From positions 1 through 64,000 of the IMG/VR virus record IMGVR_UViG_3300028392_000054: DNA of 64,000 nt. One strand, written 5' to 3'. The stretch is from a virus. The notes beneath the pieces were generated by a model. That model saw nothing but the letters and a program-made list of their open reading frames with translations, ran no database searches and was not told where the DNA came from. Position numbers and translations under genes: made by a program. Shown here piece after piece: positions 16,811 through 25,843 of this stretch; position 1 is the first letter of the stretch; each line of letters begins with the position of its first letter.

Positions 16811-17182
16811 TTAAGTATTTCCTAACGCATTTCGGCTGGTTGATTCTGTGGTTGTAGGTTGCTGTGAGTAATCTACACGAGTCTGTGGTCTACCAGTCAT
16901 TTCTACAATGTCTTTAATGCCGTATTCCGCCACTTCATAGCCAAAACGCTGTGGAAATAGCTGGATTTGTGGCATTGGTGGGCGAACGTACTGCTGAATC
17001 TCTTGAGCGGTCAGGTTACCTATTCTTAGGGCCTGTGTAAGCATACGCTCATTGTTGCTGGCAAAAGGGCCGAGGTACTCCTGTGGAGGCATCGCAGCCT
17101 CTGGTGGTACGCCTACAGGCTTATCCCACGCTCTAAATCCATATTTACCATTTGCGGTATTAGGCATTGTGGTCCTTGCCAT
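16811..17182 (-). CDS. Hypothetical Pro/Gln-rich protein
   Basis: ORF track; operon context. Confidence 0.7.
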   Translation of the reverse strand: MARTTMPNTANGKYGFRAWDKPVGVPPEAAMPPQEYLGPFASNNERMLTQALRIGNLTAQEIQQYVRPPMPQIQLFPQRFGYEVAEYGIKDIVEMTGRPQTRVDYSQQPTTTESTSRNALGNT

Positions 17183-17399
17183 GGTTAAAGTTGTCTAGCT
17201 TTGCTTTAATTTTTTCCGGTTTTGGCTTTAACCCAAGCTGGTTTGAGCCAAAGTTTACGCCGTGTTTAAATCCGGATTTGTGTTGGTCAATCGCTCTTTG
17301 TATATATGTGTCGTCTACGCCAGGAATAGCGTGTACATCGCTTACAATCTCGTTGCTAGCTGAACAATGTCTGCATTTAATTTTTACGTTTTTAGCCAT
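17160..17399 (-). CDS. C2H2-type Zn-finger-like protein, paralog B
   Basis: MAKNVKIKCRHC...IPGV...HKSGFKH; start moved to MAK. Confidence 0.7.
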   Translation of the reverse strand: MAKNVKIKCRHCSASNEIVSDVHAIPGVDDTYIQRAIDQHKSGFKHGVNFGSNQLGLKPKPEKIKAKLDNFNHGKDHNA

Positions 17400-17661
17400 T
17401 GTGATCCTTACCGTGCCCAAATTCTTCTAGTCGGCCAGTTGCTGACTCTTTAACTTCAGACGGAGTCATACCAGCTTCGCGCAATCCTTTATCAATTGCT
17501 TCTTTTTTCATTACTTCTGCCCCGTGACCAGCACTACCTAGGTGCTGCTCTTCGCCCGCAGATACGTAAGTACTAGGCACACCTGGAATAGCTTTTGAAT
17601 CTTCTACTAATTCTTGGGCTTCACCGCAATGTGCGCATTTAATATTTACTTTTTTAGCCAT
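17392..17661 (-). CDS. C2H2-type Zn-finger-like protein, paralog A
   Basis: MAKKVNIKCAHC...IPGV...HLGSAGH. Confidence 0.7.
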   Translation of the reverse strand: MAKKVNIKCAHCGEAQELVEDSKAIPGVPSTYVSAGEEQHLGSAGHGAEVMKKEAIDKGLREAGMTPSEVKESATGRLEEFGHGKDHNG

Positions 17662-17804
17662 TAATACTCCCCTTTGCCCATGCCCGTTGTAAACGCCTCA
17701 GTGCGGCCTTCCTTCGGCGGAGTAGCAACAGCTGCGCCATCCGCAGCTTCCATTTGACTATCATCTTTACGGTCATTCATAGTACCGACTTGTGGGGTAT
17801 TCAT
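17661..17804 (-). CDS. 47-aa hypothetical protein (not in ORF track)
   Basis: MNTPQVGTMNDRKDDSQMEAADG...; TAATG coupling at both ends. Confidence 0.6.
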   Translation of the reverse strand: MNTPQVGTMNDRKDDSQMEAADGAAVATPPKEGRTEAFTTGMGKGEY

Positions 17805-18067
17805 TAGCCCTTTAATTCGTGTTGAGCCGCAGTAGCCATAGCAGCATCCTGCTGACCTACATTAAATGAGCCCATCCTAGATTCGCCACTGTTACTGCGT
17901 TCTGCATAGCCGTGTCCACCGCCAGTAGGCATGAACCCGCCCTTACCTAACTTACTAAGTAAACCGCTTCCGCCTTCAGCGGCTGCGCCGCCTTCAGCTG
18001 CGGCAGCTGCTCCACCAGCGGCTTCTCCTGCTACTAATCCTTCGGCTAAAGGTGCTAAAAATGCCAT
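17804..18067 (-). CDS. Gly/Ala-rich small protein
   Basis: AAGGAAAAAEGG repeats; GGAG SD. Confidence 0.7.
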   Translation of the reverse strand: MAFLAPLAEGLVAGEAAGGAAAAAEGGAAAEGGSGLLSKLGKGGFMPTGGGHGYAERSNSGESRMGSFNVGQQDAAMATAAQHELKG

Positions 18068-18068
18068 T

Positions 18069-18590
18069 TTATCTCCATTGCGGGCTTAAGCCGCGTAGCT
18101 GTGTGTTGCGGACTTTATTCATTTCTAGTAGGCTACTAGAGCGTGTGTTTGCCTTACCGTCGTTTACTAAGTGAGGCGCTGGTGCCAAAGCAAATGCTGG
18201 AGCAAATCTAGAAGCAGGCTTACCTCTCTTAGCGGCAGCCATCTGCCTTGCAATACCACGGTTTGCAGCAAATCCTGAAGGCAAATAGTAATCACTCGGG
18301 TCAATTCGCTCGCCGCGATGAACGCCGCGCTGATAACCACGTTGCGTTTGGCGTACTTTTAGGCCGTCTAAGACCTGCTCAGATACGCTATTAGGGCGAC
18401 CACGATCATCGCGACGAGTTCGAATTGTTCCAAGATAACCGTCTGGATATTCCGCAGACGGTTCTCGGCCAACACCTAAGCGCAGGAAGTCAAGGTCAGA
18501 GCGGGCAACAGCCACGCCACCGCCACCATAGTTGGTGTAGGTGCCATACATACCATTGGCACCGAGGCTTTGAACGTTTTGACTAGGCAT
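18069..18590 (-). CDS. Basic hypothetical protein, probably leaderless
   Basis: EYPDGYLGTIRTRRDD; TAAACT 6 nt before ATG. Confidence 0.75.
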   Translation of the reverse strand: MPSQNVQSLGANGMYGTYTNYGGGGVAVARSDLDFLRLGVGREPSAEYPDGYLGTIRTRRDDRGRPNSVSEQVLDGLKVRQTQRGYQRGVHRGERIDPSDYYLPSGFAANRGIARQMAAAKRGKPASRFAPAFALAPAPHLVNDGKANTRSSSLLEMNKVRNTQLRGLSPQWR

Positions 18591-18610
18591 ACCTATAGTT
18601 TATACACTAA

Positions 18611-19627
18611 TTAAGCTAAATTAGTTCTAAACTCTTGTCCCATAAATACTGCCCAGTCATCTAGGATTGGAACTGATAGTAGGGTAAATTCGCCTGTGTC
18701 TTTATACCACGCAAAACCTACTCCCTGTTGCCAGTTTTCCCAGTATTTAACTGGTTTCTCATTAGGGGTAATTCCACCCTTGACGCTAGGTACCGAACCA
18801 TCTACACGACATAGACATCCAGGGCTAAACGCAGCATTACGAGCTGGCCCATTACTGGTGTGGTTAGTGTGGTACATCATTTCAATTCGGTGGATGTGCC
18901 CATAAATTACGGAAACATGGTGATTTGAATTAATATACTTCATAGCCGTACTACCGGCCGAATTAACCCGGTCGCCGTGGATACAGCGTAGGTTCTCATT
19001 CAACCAGTATTCGCCCGCTGGGTATCCGCTGGCGTACTTGATGTTTAGTTCATCCATACGTAACAAATGTGGAAGGCTGTTTACTGGCCAATCACTTGGA
19101 GTAGTTCCTGCCTGACGCATATTTGATACGGCTGGTGCGTTCTCTGCCAAATACTTATATATACGGCAATCGTGGTTACCTTCTAGGAATACAATTTCTG
19201 CATCCGGAACTGTAGCGCGCTGGGCAGCCAGATACTCATAGCCACGCTGGATGGCTAGATTAGTCGAGTTCTGGAACGCAATCTCCTGATGGTGACGGCT
19301 CTGTGCTGGTAGGTCTAGGGTATCCCCTAGGTTTACCACAGTATCCACGCCAAACTGTTGATGTGCATAGTTTATAATCTGTAGGGCAATGTCAATTGCT
19401 TTCTCGGAATGAAATTCAATTACTGTCCCATCCTCATAGACACGGTAACCGATTTGGGTATCCGGCAGCAGCGCAGCCAATTTCCAATCGTTCTTTCCCT
19501 TTTTAGGTTTAGTAATAGTTGACGGTTTAATCGTCATTTTTTGAGCCTGTATGATTGGAAATTCTTTTAGCGGGTCTTCTCTCAGAAGTTTCGCTAATTC
19601 TTTGGCTAAGCTGTCGGACAAGTGCAT
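18611..19627 (-). CDS. Calcineurin-like metallophosphoesterase
   Basis: PDTQ, LGDTLD, EGNHD, IHG, GHIHR motifs. Confidence 0.88.
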   Translation of the reverse strand: MHLSDSLAKELAKLLREDPLKEFPIIQAQKMTIKPSTITKPKKGKNDWKLAALLPDTQIGYRVYEDGTVIEFHSEKAIDIALQIINYAHQQFGVDTVVNLGDTLDLPAQSRHHQEIAFQNSTNLAIQRGYEYLAAQRATVPDAEIVFLEGNHDCRIYKYLAENAPAVSNMRQAGTTPSDWPVNSLPHLLRMDELNIKYASGYPAGEYWLNENLRCIHGDRVNSAGSTAMKYINSNHHVSVIYGHIHRIEMMYHTNHTSNGPARNAAFSPGCLCRVDGSVPSVKGGITPNEKPVKYWENWQQGVGFAWYKDTGEFTLLSVPILDDWAVFMGQEFRTNLA

Positions 19628-19881
19628 ACTCCTCGCATGTGGTAGTTAAATGACGTTTGCTTAAATGGGATATCTGGATGGTACTTTTTAATTAACTTTA
19701 ATGCTTCTGACATGTTTAAATTAGGTTTCCCCTGAAGGGTGGCAAAAACTTCTTGGAAATCTTTGTCTTGCGCTTGAACCCAGATGTTTACTACACACCC
19801 TATTGCATCTGACTTAGCTGCCAGTAGCTTCAGTTCATCTATTAACATAAACCTCTCCCGGTCTCTATATATTATTATCAC
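19606..19881 (-). CDS. Hypothetical protein (start probably at MLIDEL)
   Basis: C-terminal H..G.CTC; overlaps the phosphoesterase start. Confidence 0.65.
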   Translation of the reverse strand: MIIIYRDRERFMLIDELKLLAAKSDAIGCVVNIWVQAQDKDFQEVFATLQGKPNLNMSEALKLIKKYHPDIPFKQTSFNYHMRGVCTCPTA

Positions 19882-19937
19882 ACAAGAATGTGATGTACGT
19901 TGATTATCGCCGATAATTTTTGGTTTGTCAAGACAAT

Positions 19938-19965
19938 AAAAAAGCCCCCATCGCTGGGGGCTTTT
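19938..19965. terminator. Bidirectional-type terminator
   Basis: AAAAAAGCCCCCA-tcgc-TGGGGGCTTTT. Confidence 0.8.
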
Positions 19966-19982
19966 CCTATACCTTGTCGGGG

Positions 19983-20300
19983 TTAGTTATGGTCAGACAT
20001 TCCGTCTGTAAACTGTGCTGATGTGCGGTTAGTAGACGCTGGCAGAATACGACCGTTACCCTGTGTAGGACCAATCTGAGGGTCTACATATGAAGGCATC
20101 TTTGTAGTAATACCGTATTGCTTAGTGCTTGTTGCTTTAATTTTTGTGCGGCTAGGCTTTGCCTGCTTGTAAGGGTCGCCTGATGCTGTGTTCTTCTTCT
20201 TTACAAGCGTTCCTCTTTCAGGTTTTCCTGAAGGATTATTAGCAGTTGAAGCTGCGCTAGTTCCCATTGTAGGGAATTTGCCTTGTGGTTGTTTATCCAT
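19983..20300 (-). CDS. Basic low-complexity hypothetical protein
   Basis: GAGG SD; 105 aa. Confidence 0.7.
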   Translation of the reverse strand: MDKQPQGKFPTMGTSAASTANNPSGKPERGTLVKKKNTASGDPYKQAKPSRTKIKATSTKQYGITTKMPSYVDPQIGPTQGNGRILPASTNRTSAQFTDGMSDHN

Positions 20301-20365
20301 GGTTTTTACCTCTTTGGCCTAAGATGGTTGATACTTTAACGATACAGGTAATTGGCTAAATATGC

Positions 20366-20647
20366 TTAATTAACTGAATTTACTTTAAATACGATTGCGC
20401 TGATACTTTCGCCATTAATCTCTACGGACTGAAATCCTGGAATACATACTAGGCTTATTCCGCGTGGCGCGGTATATCCGCTGGCAATGGCAATGGCTTT
20501 TACAGCTTGGTTAACTGGTCCCGCGCCTACAGCGCGAATCTTACAAGTTCCTTTTTCGTAAATAGCGTGTGCAATAGCTGACGCCACTGCTTGGGGGTTA
20601 CTAGACGCGCTTACGCGTAATACATTTTCATCTTGTGATTCAGACAT
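20366..20647 (-). CDS. spoVS: Stage V sporulation protein S homolog
   Basis: LRVSASSNPQAVASAIA...RAVGAGPVNQAVKAIAIASGY..P.G..L.CIPGF..VEINGE.ISAI.F. Confidence 0.92.
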   Translation of the reverse strand: MSESQDENVLRVSASSNPQAVASAIAHAIYEKGTCKIRAVGAGPVNQAVKAIAIASGYTAPRGISLVCIPGFQSVEINGESISAIVFKVNSVN

Positions 20648-20710
20648 TTAATTACCTTAAATTGTGTTAGTACTCCCGTACTTCTACTATAAAGGTAAAA
20701 TAGGCTTAAT

Positions 20711-21148
20711 TTAGGCCCAATCCAAATTTTCTCTGATGTCTGGCATTACCCCGATTTCACGGTTATCCCAGTTTCCATCAAGTACCATAAGGGCAATAAT
20801 CGAGTAATTGGCCATATCGATAAAGCTATCGCGCAGGCTCTCGTTTTCAGGCTTAGCCCCGCTATCGTACAGGTGATTGATTCTGGCTAACTTATCGTGC
20901 ATACGTACTCTAAGTCCGTTCAAAGGGCCGCCAGGGCTTTCGCTGATGTTCTTTGGTCCATAATCTTTGTGCTTTTTAACCAGCAACTGCTCTGCCTCTA
21001 AAAACTTAGTAGCCAGCATATTTTCAAAGTTTTCTTGAAGTACCTGTGCTTTTAGCTCCTCTGTCGTAGGTCCTGATTTACGGATAAATTCTCTTGCTGC
21101 TTCTGATAGGCCATTGAAATCGCCTGGGTCTCCTGGTTTAAACGCCAT
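20711..21148 (-). CDS. DUF1599 / nucleotide modification associated domain 1 (Nmad1) protein
   Basis: KHKDYGPKNI...GLRVRMHDKLARI...ESLRDSFIDMANYSII; start at MAFKP after AGGAG. Confidence 0.8.
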   Translation of the reverse strand: MAFKPGDPGDFNGLSEAAREFIRKSGPTTEELKAQVLQENFENMLATKFLEAEQLLVKKHKDYGPKNISESPGGPLNGLRVRMHDKLARINHLYDSGAKPENESLRDSFIDMANYSIIALMVLDGNWDNREIGVMPDIRENLDWA

Positions 21149-21149
21149 G

Positions 21150-21299
21150 TTATTCTCCTTGTTCATTGTGGCAGGAACATCCGCAGATTTTCTCTGAGGC
21201 TGTCCCCATTGATAGTTTTACTACTTTTGGGCAATTATCATGATGCCCAGTTATACACCAACCAGTACGATCGGTTCCTTGTAAATTTTTATTCCTCAT
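21150..21299 (-). CDS. 49-aa Cys/His micro-protein (not in ORF track)
   Basis: GWCITGHHDNC...CGCSCH. Confidence 0.6.
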   Translation of the reverse strand: MRNKNLQGTDRTGWCITGHHDNCPKVVKLSMGTASEKICGCSCHNEQGE

Positions 21300-21426
21300 C
21301 GTCGTGAAAGTGCTCTAAGTCTATACCTTTTACAACGCCAATTAGTGTCATTATTCCAGCCAATACTAAAGTAACAACTACAGTAATGGATACGAATAAT
21401 ACTACTGCTGCAATAATTTCTACCAT
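21289..21426 (-). CDS. Small single-TM protein (not in ORF track)
   Basis: MVEIIAAVVLFVSITVVVTLVLAGIMTLIGVV. Confidence 0.55.
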   Translation of the reverse strand: MVEIIAAVVLFVSITVVVTLVLAGIMTLIGVVKGIDLEHFHDDEE

Positions 21427-21429
21427 TTA

Positions 21430-21675
21430 TTAATCCTTTAGTTCTCGTATGAATTGTACAATTATATGTGCATCACAGCTATTTCCGCAAGATGCTGATT
21501 TGTGTGGAGCACCGTCTTCTATAAGCTGTGCTACTCTAGCTCGTTCATCAAACTTACTAGTTTTTAACTCTTTATTTTGTCGCTTTATTATTAACCAGTA
21601 TGAGGCCAAGATATACGCAAATATACGGGCAGCAAACCCTGTTCGTTTTTTTGCGTCCTCAAACCCCATAAACAT
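21430..21675 (-). CDS. Hypothetical protein
   Basis: Coupled ORF; ERARVAQLIE motif. Confidence 0.6.
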   Translation of the reverse strand: MFMGFEDAKKRTGFAARIFAYILASYWLIIKRQNKELKTSKFDERARVAQLIEDGAPHKSASCGNSCDAHIIVQFIRELKD

Positions 21676-22265
21676 TAAGGTTTTTCCCTAAAATTAGGGC
21701 CTTTAATCTTTTCAAGAATTTCTAATTCATAGGCTAGGTTACCTTTACCGGCAGCTAGCATAGCTAGGGCATATGAGTCCGCGGCGTTATCGTCGTTAAA
21801 CTCTACGCCCCACTTTTTATATACCGCTAAAAGTACCTGATTTTTTTGTACGCCTGTGCCTTTACCTGTGATGTATTTCTTTAAAGTAGTTGGCGGAATA
21901 ATGTATGGGTACTTACCCTCAAATTCATCCAGTTCATTGTAGCAAACCAGTTTTACTATGGCACCTAATTCGCCCAGCATATGGGCCATTGTGGTGCCAA
22001 AGGCATAGCCTTCCATGGCTACAATAATTGACGAAGGCTTATTATAGAAAGTATAGTAGTCCAATATTTCTGTAAGTTTTTCTTGAATCCAAACCAAACG
22101 GTCAATGTGTAGCCCTTCTGCTTTAAACACATTAGTTTTATAATCCGCTACGTCTTCTGCGTCAAGTACGGTTATCCCAAACCCGGAATAAGATTGGTCT
22201 ATACCAATTGCAATACTATTTACATCTCGCCCTAGTCCTGGCCCAAATACCTTATCTTTTGCCAT
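21675..22265 (-). CDS. ruvC: RuvC-like Holliday junction resolvase
   Basis: IGIDQS..GFG, MEGY, PTTLKKYITGKG...K, DDNAADSYALA. Confidence 0.85.
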   Translation of the reverse strand: MAKDKVFGPGLGRDVNSIAIGIDQSYSGFGITVLDAEDVADYKTNVFKAEGLHIDRLVWIQEKLTEILDYYTFYNKPSSIIVAMEGYAFGTTMAHMLGELGAIVKLVCYNELDEFEGKYPYIIPPTTLKKYITGKGTGVQKNQVLLAVYKKWGVEFNDDNAADSYALAMLAAGKGNLAYELEILEKIKGPNFREKP

Positions 22266-22768
22266 TATGCGGTAAACTTACGACTTCTGGTTTTAAAGTT
22301 ATCGCTTGATGTTCTACGGGTCAGCTCACGGCTACATACCGCGGTGCTACGTTCGTAGTTATTAACCATGGTCTCTAGCATTTTGCGATACGAGTACTTT
22401 ACCAAGGCCTCCTGGCGCACTTCACCGAGTGTAGGGTCGCCATCAACTAAGGCTTTAATAATAGTTACTGTGGTCTTAGCGTTGTTTGTCTGATGACGTA
22501 GCATTGCCTCTGACTCAGCATAATCTCTGTTACGTTCTGCATCTTTTTCATCGATAATGGCACAGGCTAATTGCGTACTTAGAAACTCACTGTAAGCCGA
22601 TAAATGTGTGTATAAACGCATTAGGTCTTCATCATCTAACTCTGTGATATCAGCTGGAAGCTCTGGGCGTGGCATAGACGTTTCACGGTCTACAGTCAAT
22701 CCTTGTTCATCAAGCATATCTAAGATGTACTTGCTGGTGTCATTTGTGATTAATGTTGTCTTACTCAT
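22265..22768 (-). CDS. Helical protein, possibly UvsY-like recombination mediator
   Basis: Coiled-coil, C-terminal SRELTRR; located between nuclease and resolvase. Confidence 0.4.
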   Translation of the reverse strand: MSKTTLITNDTSKYILDMLDEQGLTVDRETSMPRPELPADITELDDEDLMRLYTHLSAYSEFLSTQLACAIIDEKDAERNRDYAESEAMLRHQTNNAKTTVTIIKALVDGDPTLGEVRQEALVKYSYRKMLETMVNNYERSTAVCSRELTRRTSSDNFKTRSRKFTA

Positions 22769-23636
22769 TGAACCCTCCGCATTGTTTGCATTTTAACGCT
22801 CCGCCAACATTACAGTCTGGGGCGTTGTTCTTGGATAACGAGTCTACCACAATTTGTGCGCCATCAATAATCGGTTGAATTGCCCAATCATCTTTGCGAA
22901 CGATAAACTCTTTAACTTCCTGTGTAGGCTTTGCTTCGTACAATAACACAGCTTCCTGTGGTACATCTGTGCGACCAGATAACTCTAACACTTTCATATA
23001 TAACTGAACCTGGGCTACGTGAGCCTCAAATGGTGACTTAAGGTTTTTCCATGCTTCAGCAAAATCTTGATTTGATGCAAACCAGTTTGACCGGTCGTAC
23101 CACATAAATGTACCGGCACCTACTGACTTAATTTCAAGCATTAGGTCATCGCCAAATCCTTTTAGCCAACCATCTGAATGGCCAGTAATCATCAACTTGT
23201 CATATTCTACGGGAACTTCTTTATAACGCATTGTTCCTTGCGTACTACAGGCGTCACAACCTTCTGGGCTAGTTTCCCAAATTTTAATAAAGCAGCTCTT
23301 ACACTCCCATACACCATACAGCTTACCCATGTCACGAAACCAATTTTGCCAAGTAGCATGAATACCATGGCCTTGTGCAAAAATTAATTCACGTTTAAAT
23401 TGGCGAGCTTCTGGTGTAGGGTGATTACCTTTTAAATGAAAGTAAGACGCACGATGGCACCAATAAGGGCTAACCATGGCGGATGGGTGCAGACCGTTAA
23501 ACGATCTAGAATTATCTATAGGTTGCGATAGTACAAAGCGTTCTACTTTGCTAATCACTCTTGTGGTTGATTTACCGGCATCTACAAAGCTTTTCAATGC
23601 ACCTGCTGGTATTTTTTTTAGTTTTTTCTCTGGCAT
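22761..23636 (-). CDS. Cas4-like PD-(D/E)xK exonuclease
   Basis: HPS..C, G..IH, GHSDG, LEIKS, QVQLY, C-terminal CxxC. Confidence 0.85.
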   Translation of the reverse strand: MPEKKLKKIPAGALKSFVDAGKSTTRVISKVERFVLSQPIDNSRSFNGLHPSAMVSPYWCHRASYFHLKGNHPTPEARQFKRELIFAQGHGIHATWQNWFRDMGKLYGVWECKSCFIKIWETSPEGCDACSTQGTMRYKEVPVEYDKLMITGHSDGWLKGFGDDLMLEIKSVGAGTFMWYDRSNWFASNQDFAEAWKNLKSPFEAHVAQVQLYMKVLELSGRTDVPQEAVLLYEAKPTQEVKEFIVRKDDWAIQPIIDGAQIVVDSLSKNNAPDCNVGGALKCKQCGGFNE

Positions 23637-23673
23637 GTTTTATGTCCTCCACTGAAGAACATAGCACACTTTT

Positions 23674-24048
23674 CTATGGTTGTCTACTAGCTTTTTTAGC
23701 AAGTTCTTCTAAAGTAGTTCCTTGCTTTTTAGCTTTACGTTTTAAGGCGTTTCGTTCACGATGGCTCATGCCGCCCCAGATACCGTGCACTTCATCGTTC
23801 TTATCCGCAAACATAAGGCATTGTAATCTTACTGGGCATTCACCTTTGCCATCACGGCCAAAACAAATTGATTTAGCTTTGTCTGCTATTGGCTTATACA
23901 GGTCTTTATCTCTTGGCGGAAACCAAAGGTCTGGATTATATACGAATACATAATCTTTGGTTTTGTCATCATATTTTCTGGTACCGCACTTGGATTCATA
24001 TTGCCAAGGGTCTGGTTCTGAAAGAAAGCTAGTAAACGGGGTAGACAA
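23674..24048 (-). CDS. whiB: WhiB family Fe-S transcription factor
   Basis: C...PDLWFP...AKSIC...CPVRLQCL...GIWGGMSHRER. Confidence 0.93.
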   Translation of the reverse strand: MSTPFTSFLSEPDPWQYESKCGTRKYDDKTKDYVFVYNPDLWFPPRDKDLYKPIADKAKSICFGRDGKGECPVRLQCLMFADKNDEVHGIWGGMSHRERNALKRKAKKQGTTLEELAKKASRQP

Positions 24049-24067
24049 ATAAACTCCAATAGTTGAG

Positions 24068-24412
24068 CTACTTCTCTTCCGTGTGCTCCTCTATACATTG
24101 TAACAGAAATTCTCTCATTGTCAAAAAGTCATTTTCGTCCATAACCACGTAATTAACCTCATTTAAGCTTATGCCCAAAACGGGCGTACGGCTGTCTAGG
24201 AGGGCCTCTGTGGTTATCTTTTCTAATACATCAGACTTCAGGGTAAACGACTTCTTACCGGTCCATTTATGCTCAATTAGAAGGTCTTGTGACCGTACAT
24301 CGCCTTTGCGAAACCAAAAAGCACCGGAGGCAACACTACGTTGACCTCCGACGGCTTTAGCAAGGCGTTTCTCATGCTTAAGGGATTGTTTTTGGCCTTC
24401 TGACTTAGCCAA
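24068..24412 (-). CDS. PD-(D/E)xK nuclease, archaeal/phage-type resolvase-like
   Basis: HEKRLAK...SGA...KGDV...IEHK. Confidence 0.75.
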   Translation of the reverse strand: MAKSEGQKQSLKHEKRLAKAVGGQRSVASGAFWFRKGDVRSQDLLIEHKWTGKKSFTLKSDVLEKITTEALLDSRTPVLGISLNEVNYVVMDENDFLTMREFLLQCIEEHTEEK

Positions 24413-25424
24413 GCTTTAGGGTACCCATCACATCTTTAGTTAATTGGTCTTGCAAATCAACTTCTTCTCGAATTGAATTAAGCAAGGCATCTGCACCTTG
24501 CCACTGGCGCTCTGAGTAGCGGTAGTATGCACCGGCTCTTACAACAATTTTATTAATAATTGCTAAGGATACGATTTCTTTGGCAAAATCATACTCGCCT
24601 TTATCAATACCAGAACCGTCGTCAAAGTAAAAGTCTACAAATGCAGTCTGTCCCGGAGGTGATGACTTGTTCTTTCTAGTCTGGAATTTAATAGTTTGAC
24701 CTACCTTGCGCTTTTCCTGACCTGTACCAATTTCAATCCATTCATCGCGCTTTACATCAACGCGGGTAAAGAAAAAGTAATTCTTACCTTCGCCACCTGG
24801 AGTAGTGCGTGGGTCTCCATACATTACGCCAATTTTCATACGGAACTGGTTAATAATTAAACCAATAAATGGTCGCTCTTCGCCTAACATACTGCGTTTG
24901 CCAGCTCGTTCCATTTTACGGAAGAATTTACCCATAAGCATTGCGCCACGGCCAACTGTAAATTCTTCCATTTCCTTTTCGTCTTCTGCTGAAGGTACAA
25001 GGGCTGGAAGGGAGTCAATAACTACACAATCAACTTCTTTAGTTTCTACAAATTCTAAGACAGCTGTTAAAGCAATTTCCATGACGTTGCTACTAAACAC
25101 AAACACTCGTGAGGAATCTACTCCGCACATTTCTGCATATTCTGGAACCCATTGCTCAGCAGCAATCCAAATAGTAGTAAAATCAGGGTTAATTTTCTGG
25201 TTAGCTGCAATGGTTTTAAGGGCTAGTGCGGTCTTACCATTACTTGCTTCACCAATAATCTCATGCCATTGGTTAGTTGGCCAACCACCGCCCAAAATCA
25301 TATCCAATGACAATGAGCCCGAGGTAAACCTAGTCATAGGTACAATCTCAGACGCTTTGACAATAGTATTTTCACCAAGTTTTTTATTTAATTTTGCTAC
25401 TACAGCATCTACTACTTTAGACAT
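24405..25424 (-). CDS. recA: RecA recombinase
   Basis: SGSLSLDMILGGG, GEASNGKT, VIDS, INQFRMKIGVMYGDPRTTPGG. Confidence 0.95.
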   Translation of the reverse strand: MSKVVDAVVAKLNKKLGENTIVKASEIVPMTRFTSGSLSLDMILGGGWPTNQWHEIIGEASNGKTALALKTIAANQKINPDFTTIWIAAEQWVPEYAEMCGVDSSRVFVFSSNVMEIALTAVLEFVETKEVDCVVIDSLPALVPSAEDEKEMEEFTVGRGAMLMGKFFRKMERAGKRSMLGEERPFIGLIINQFRMKIGVMYGDPRTTPGGEGKNYFFFTRVDVKRDEWIEIGTGQEKRKVGQTIKFQTRKNKSSPPGQTAFVDFYFDDGSGIDKGEYDFAKEIVSLAIINKIVVRAGAYYRYSERQWQGADALLNSIREEVDLQDQLTKDVMGTLKLG

Positions 25425-25843
25425 TAACCGATCCTATCTATGATTGTGCCAGGGTTGAAATTGTTTGCGGTGCTAACTTGTTTAGCAGCTTCAGTATTAC
25501 CATTGCTAGGTATTCTAACTCCTGGCATACCTGAACCAGACTGTTGAATTGGATAACCGCAATCATAGCAACGAGGTGCTGTCTCTGGGGTCATTTTTCC
25601 ATAATTACCACTAGAACAGTTTGGACAACGACTTGGGGTCAATGCACTGGCTGGGAGCCTATGTCCGGCTAGTTCTGGGTTGTATGGGGGCTGTTGGGTA
25701 ACCGGAGGATAACCTTGATTAGGAGTATACCCAGGATACTGCGGTGTTATACCAGGCTGGACTACAGGAACTTGTTGTTCAGGTAATCGTGGTTGCTGTG
25801 GTTGTCTTGGGGTGCCTAATTTATCTGCCCACCAATTACTCAT
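25424..25843 (-). CDS. Pro/Gln-rich Zn-ribbon protein
   Basis: CPNCSSGNY...RCYDCGYP. Confidence 0.75.
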   Translation of the reverse strand: MSNWWADKLGTPRQPQQPRLPEQQVPVVQPGITPQYPGYTPNQGYPPVTQQPPYNPELAGHRLPASALTPSRCPNCSSGNYGKMTPETAPRCYDCGYPIQQSGSGMPGVRIPSNGNTEAAKQVSTANNFNPGTIIDRIG

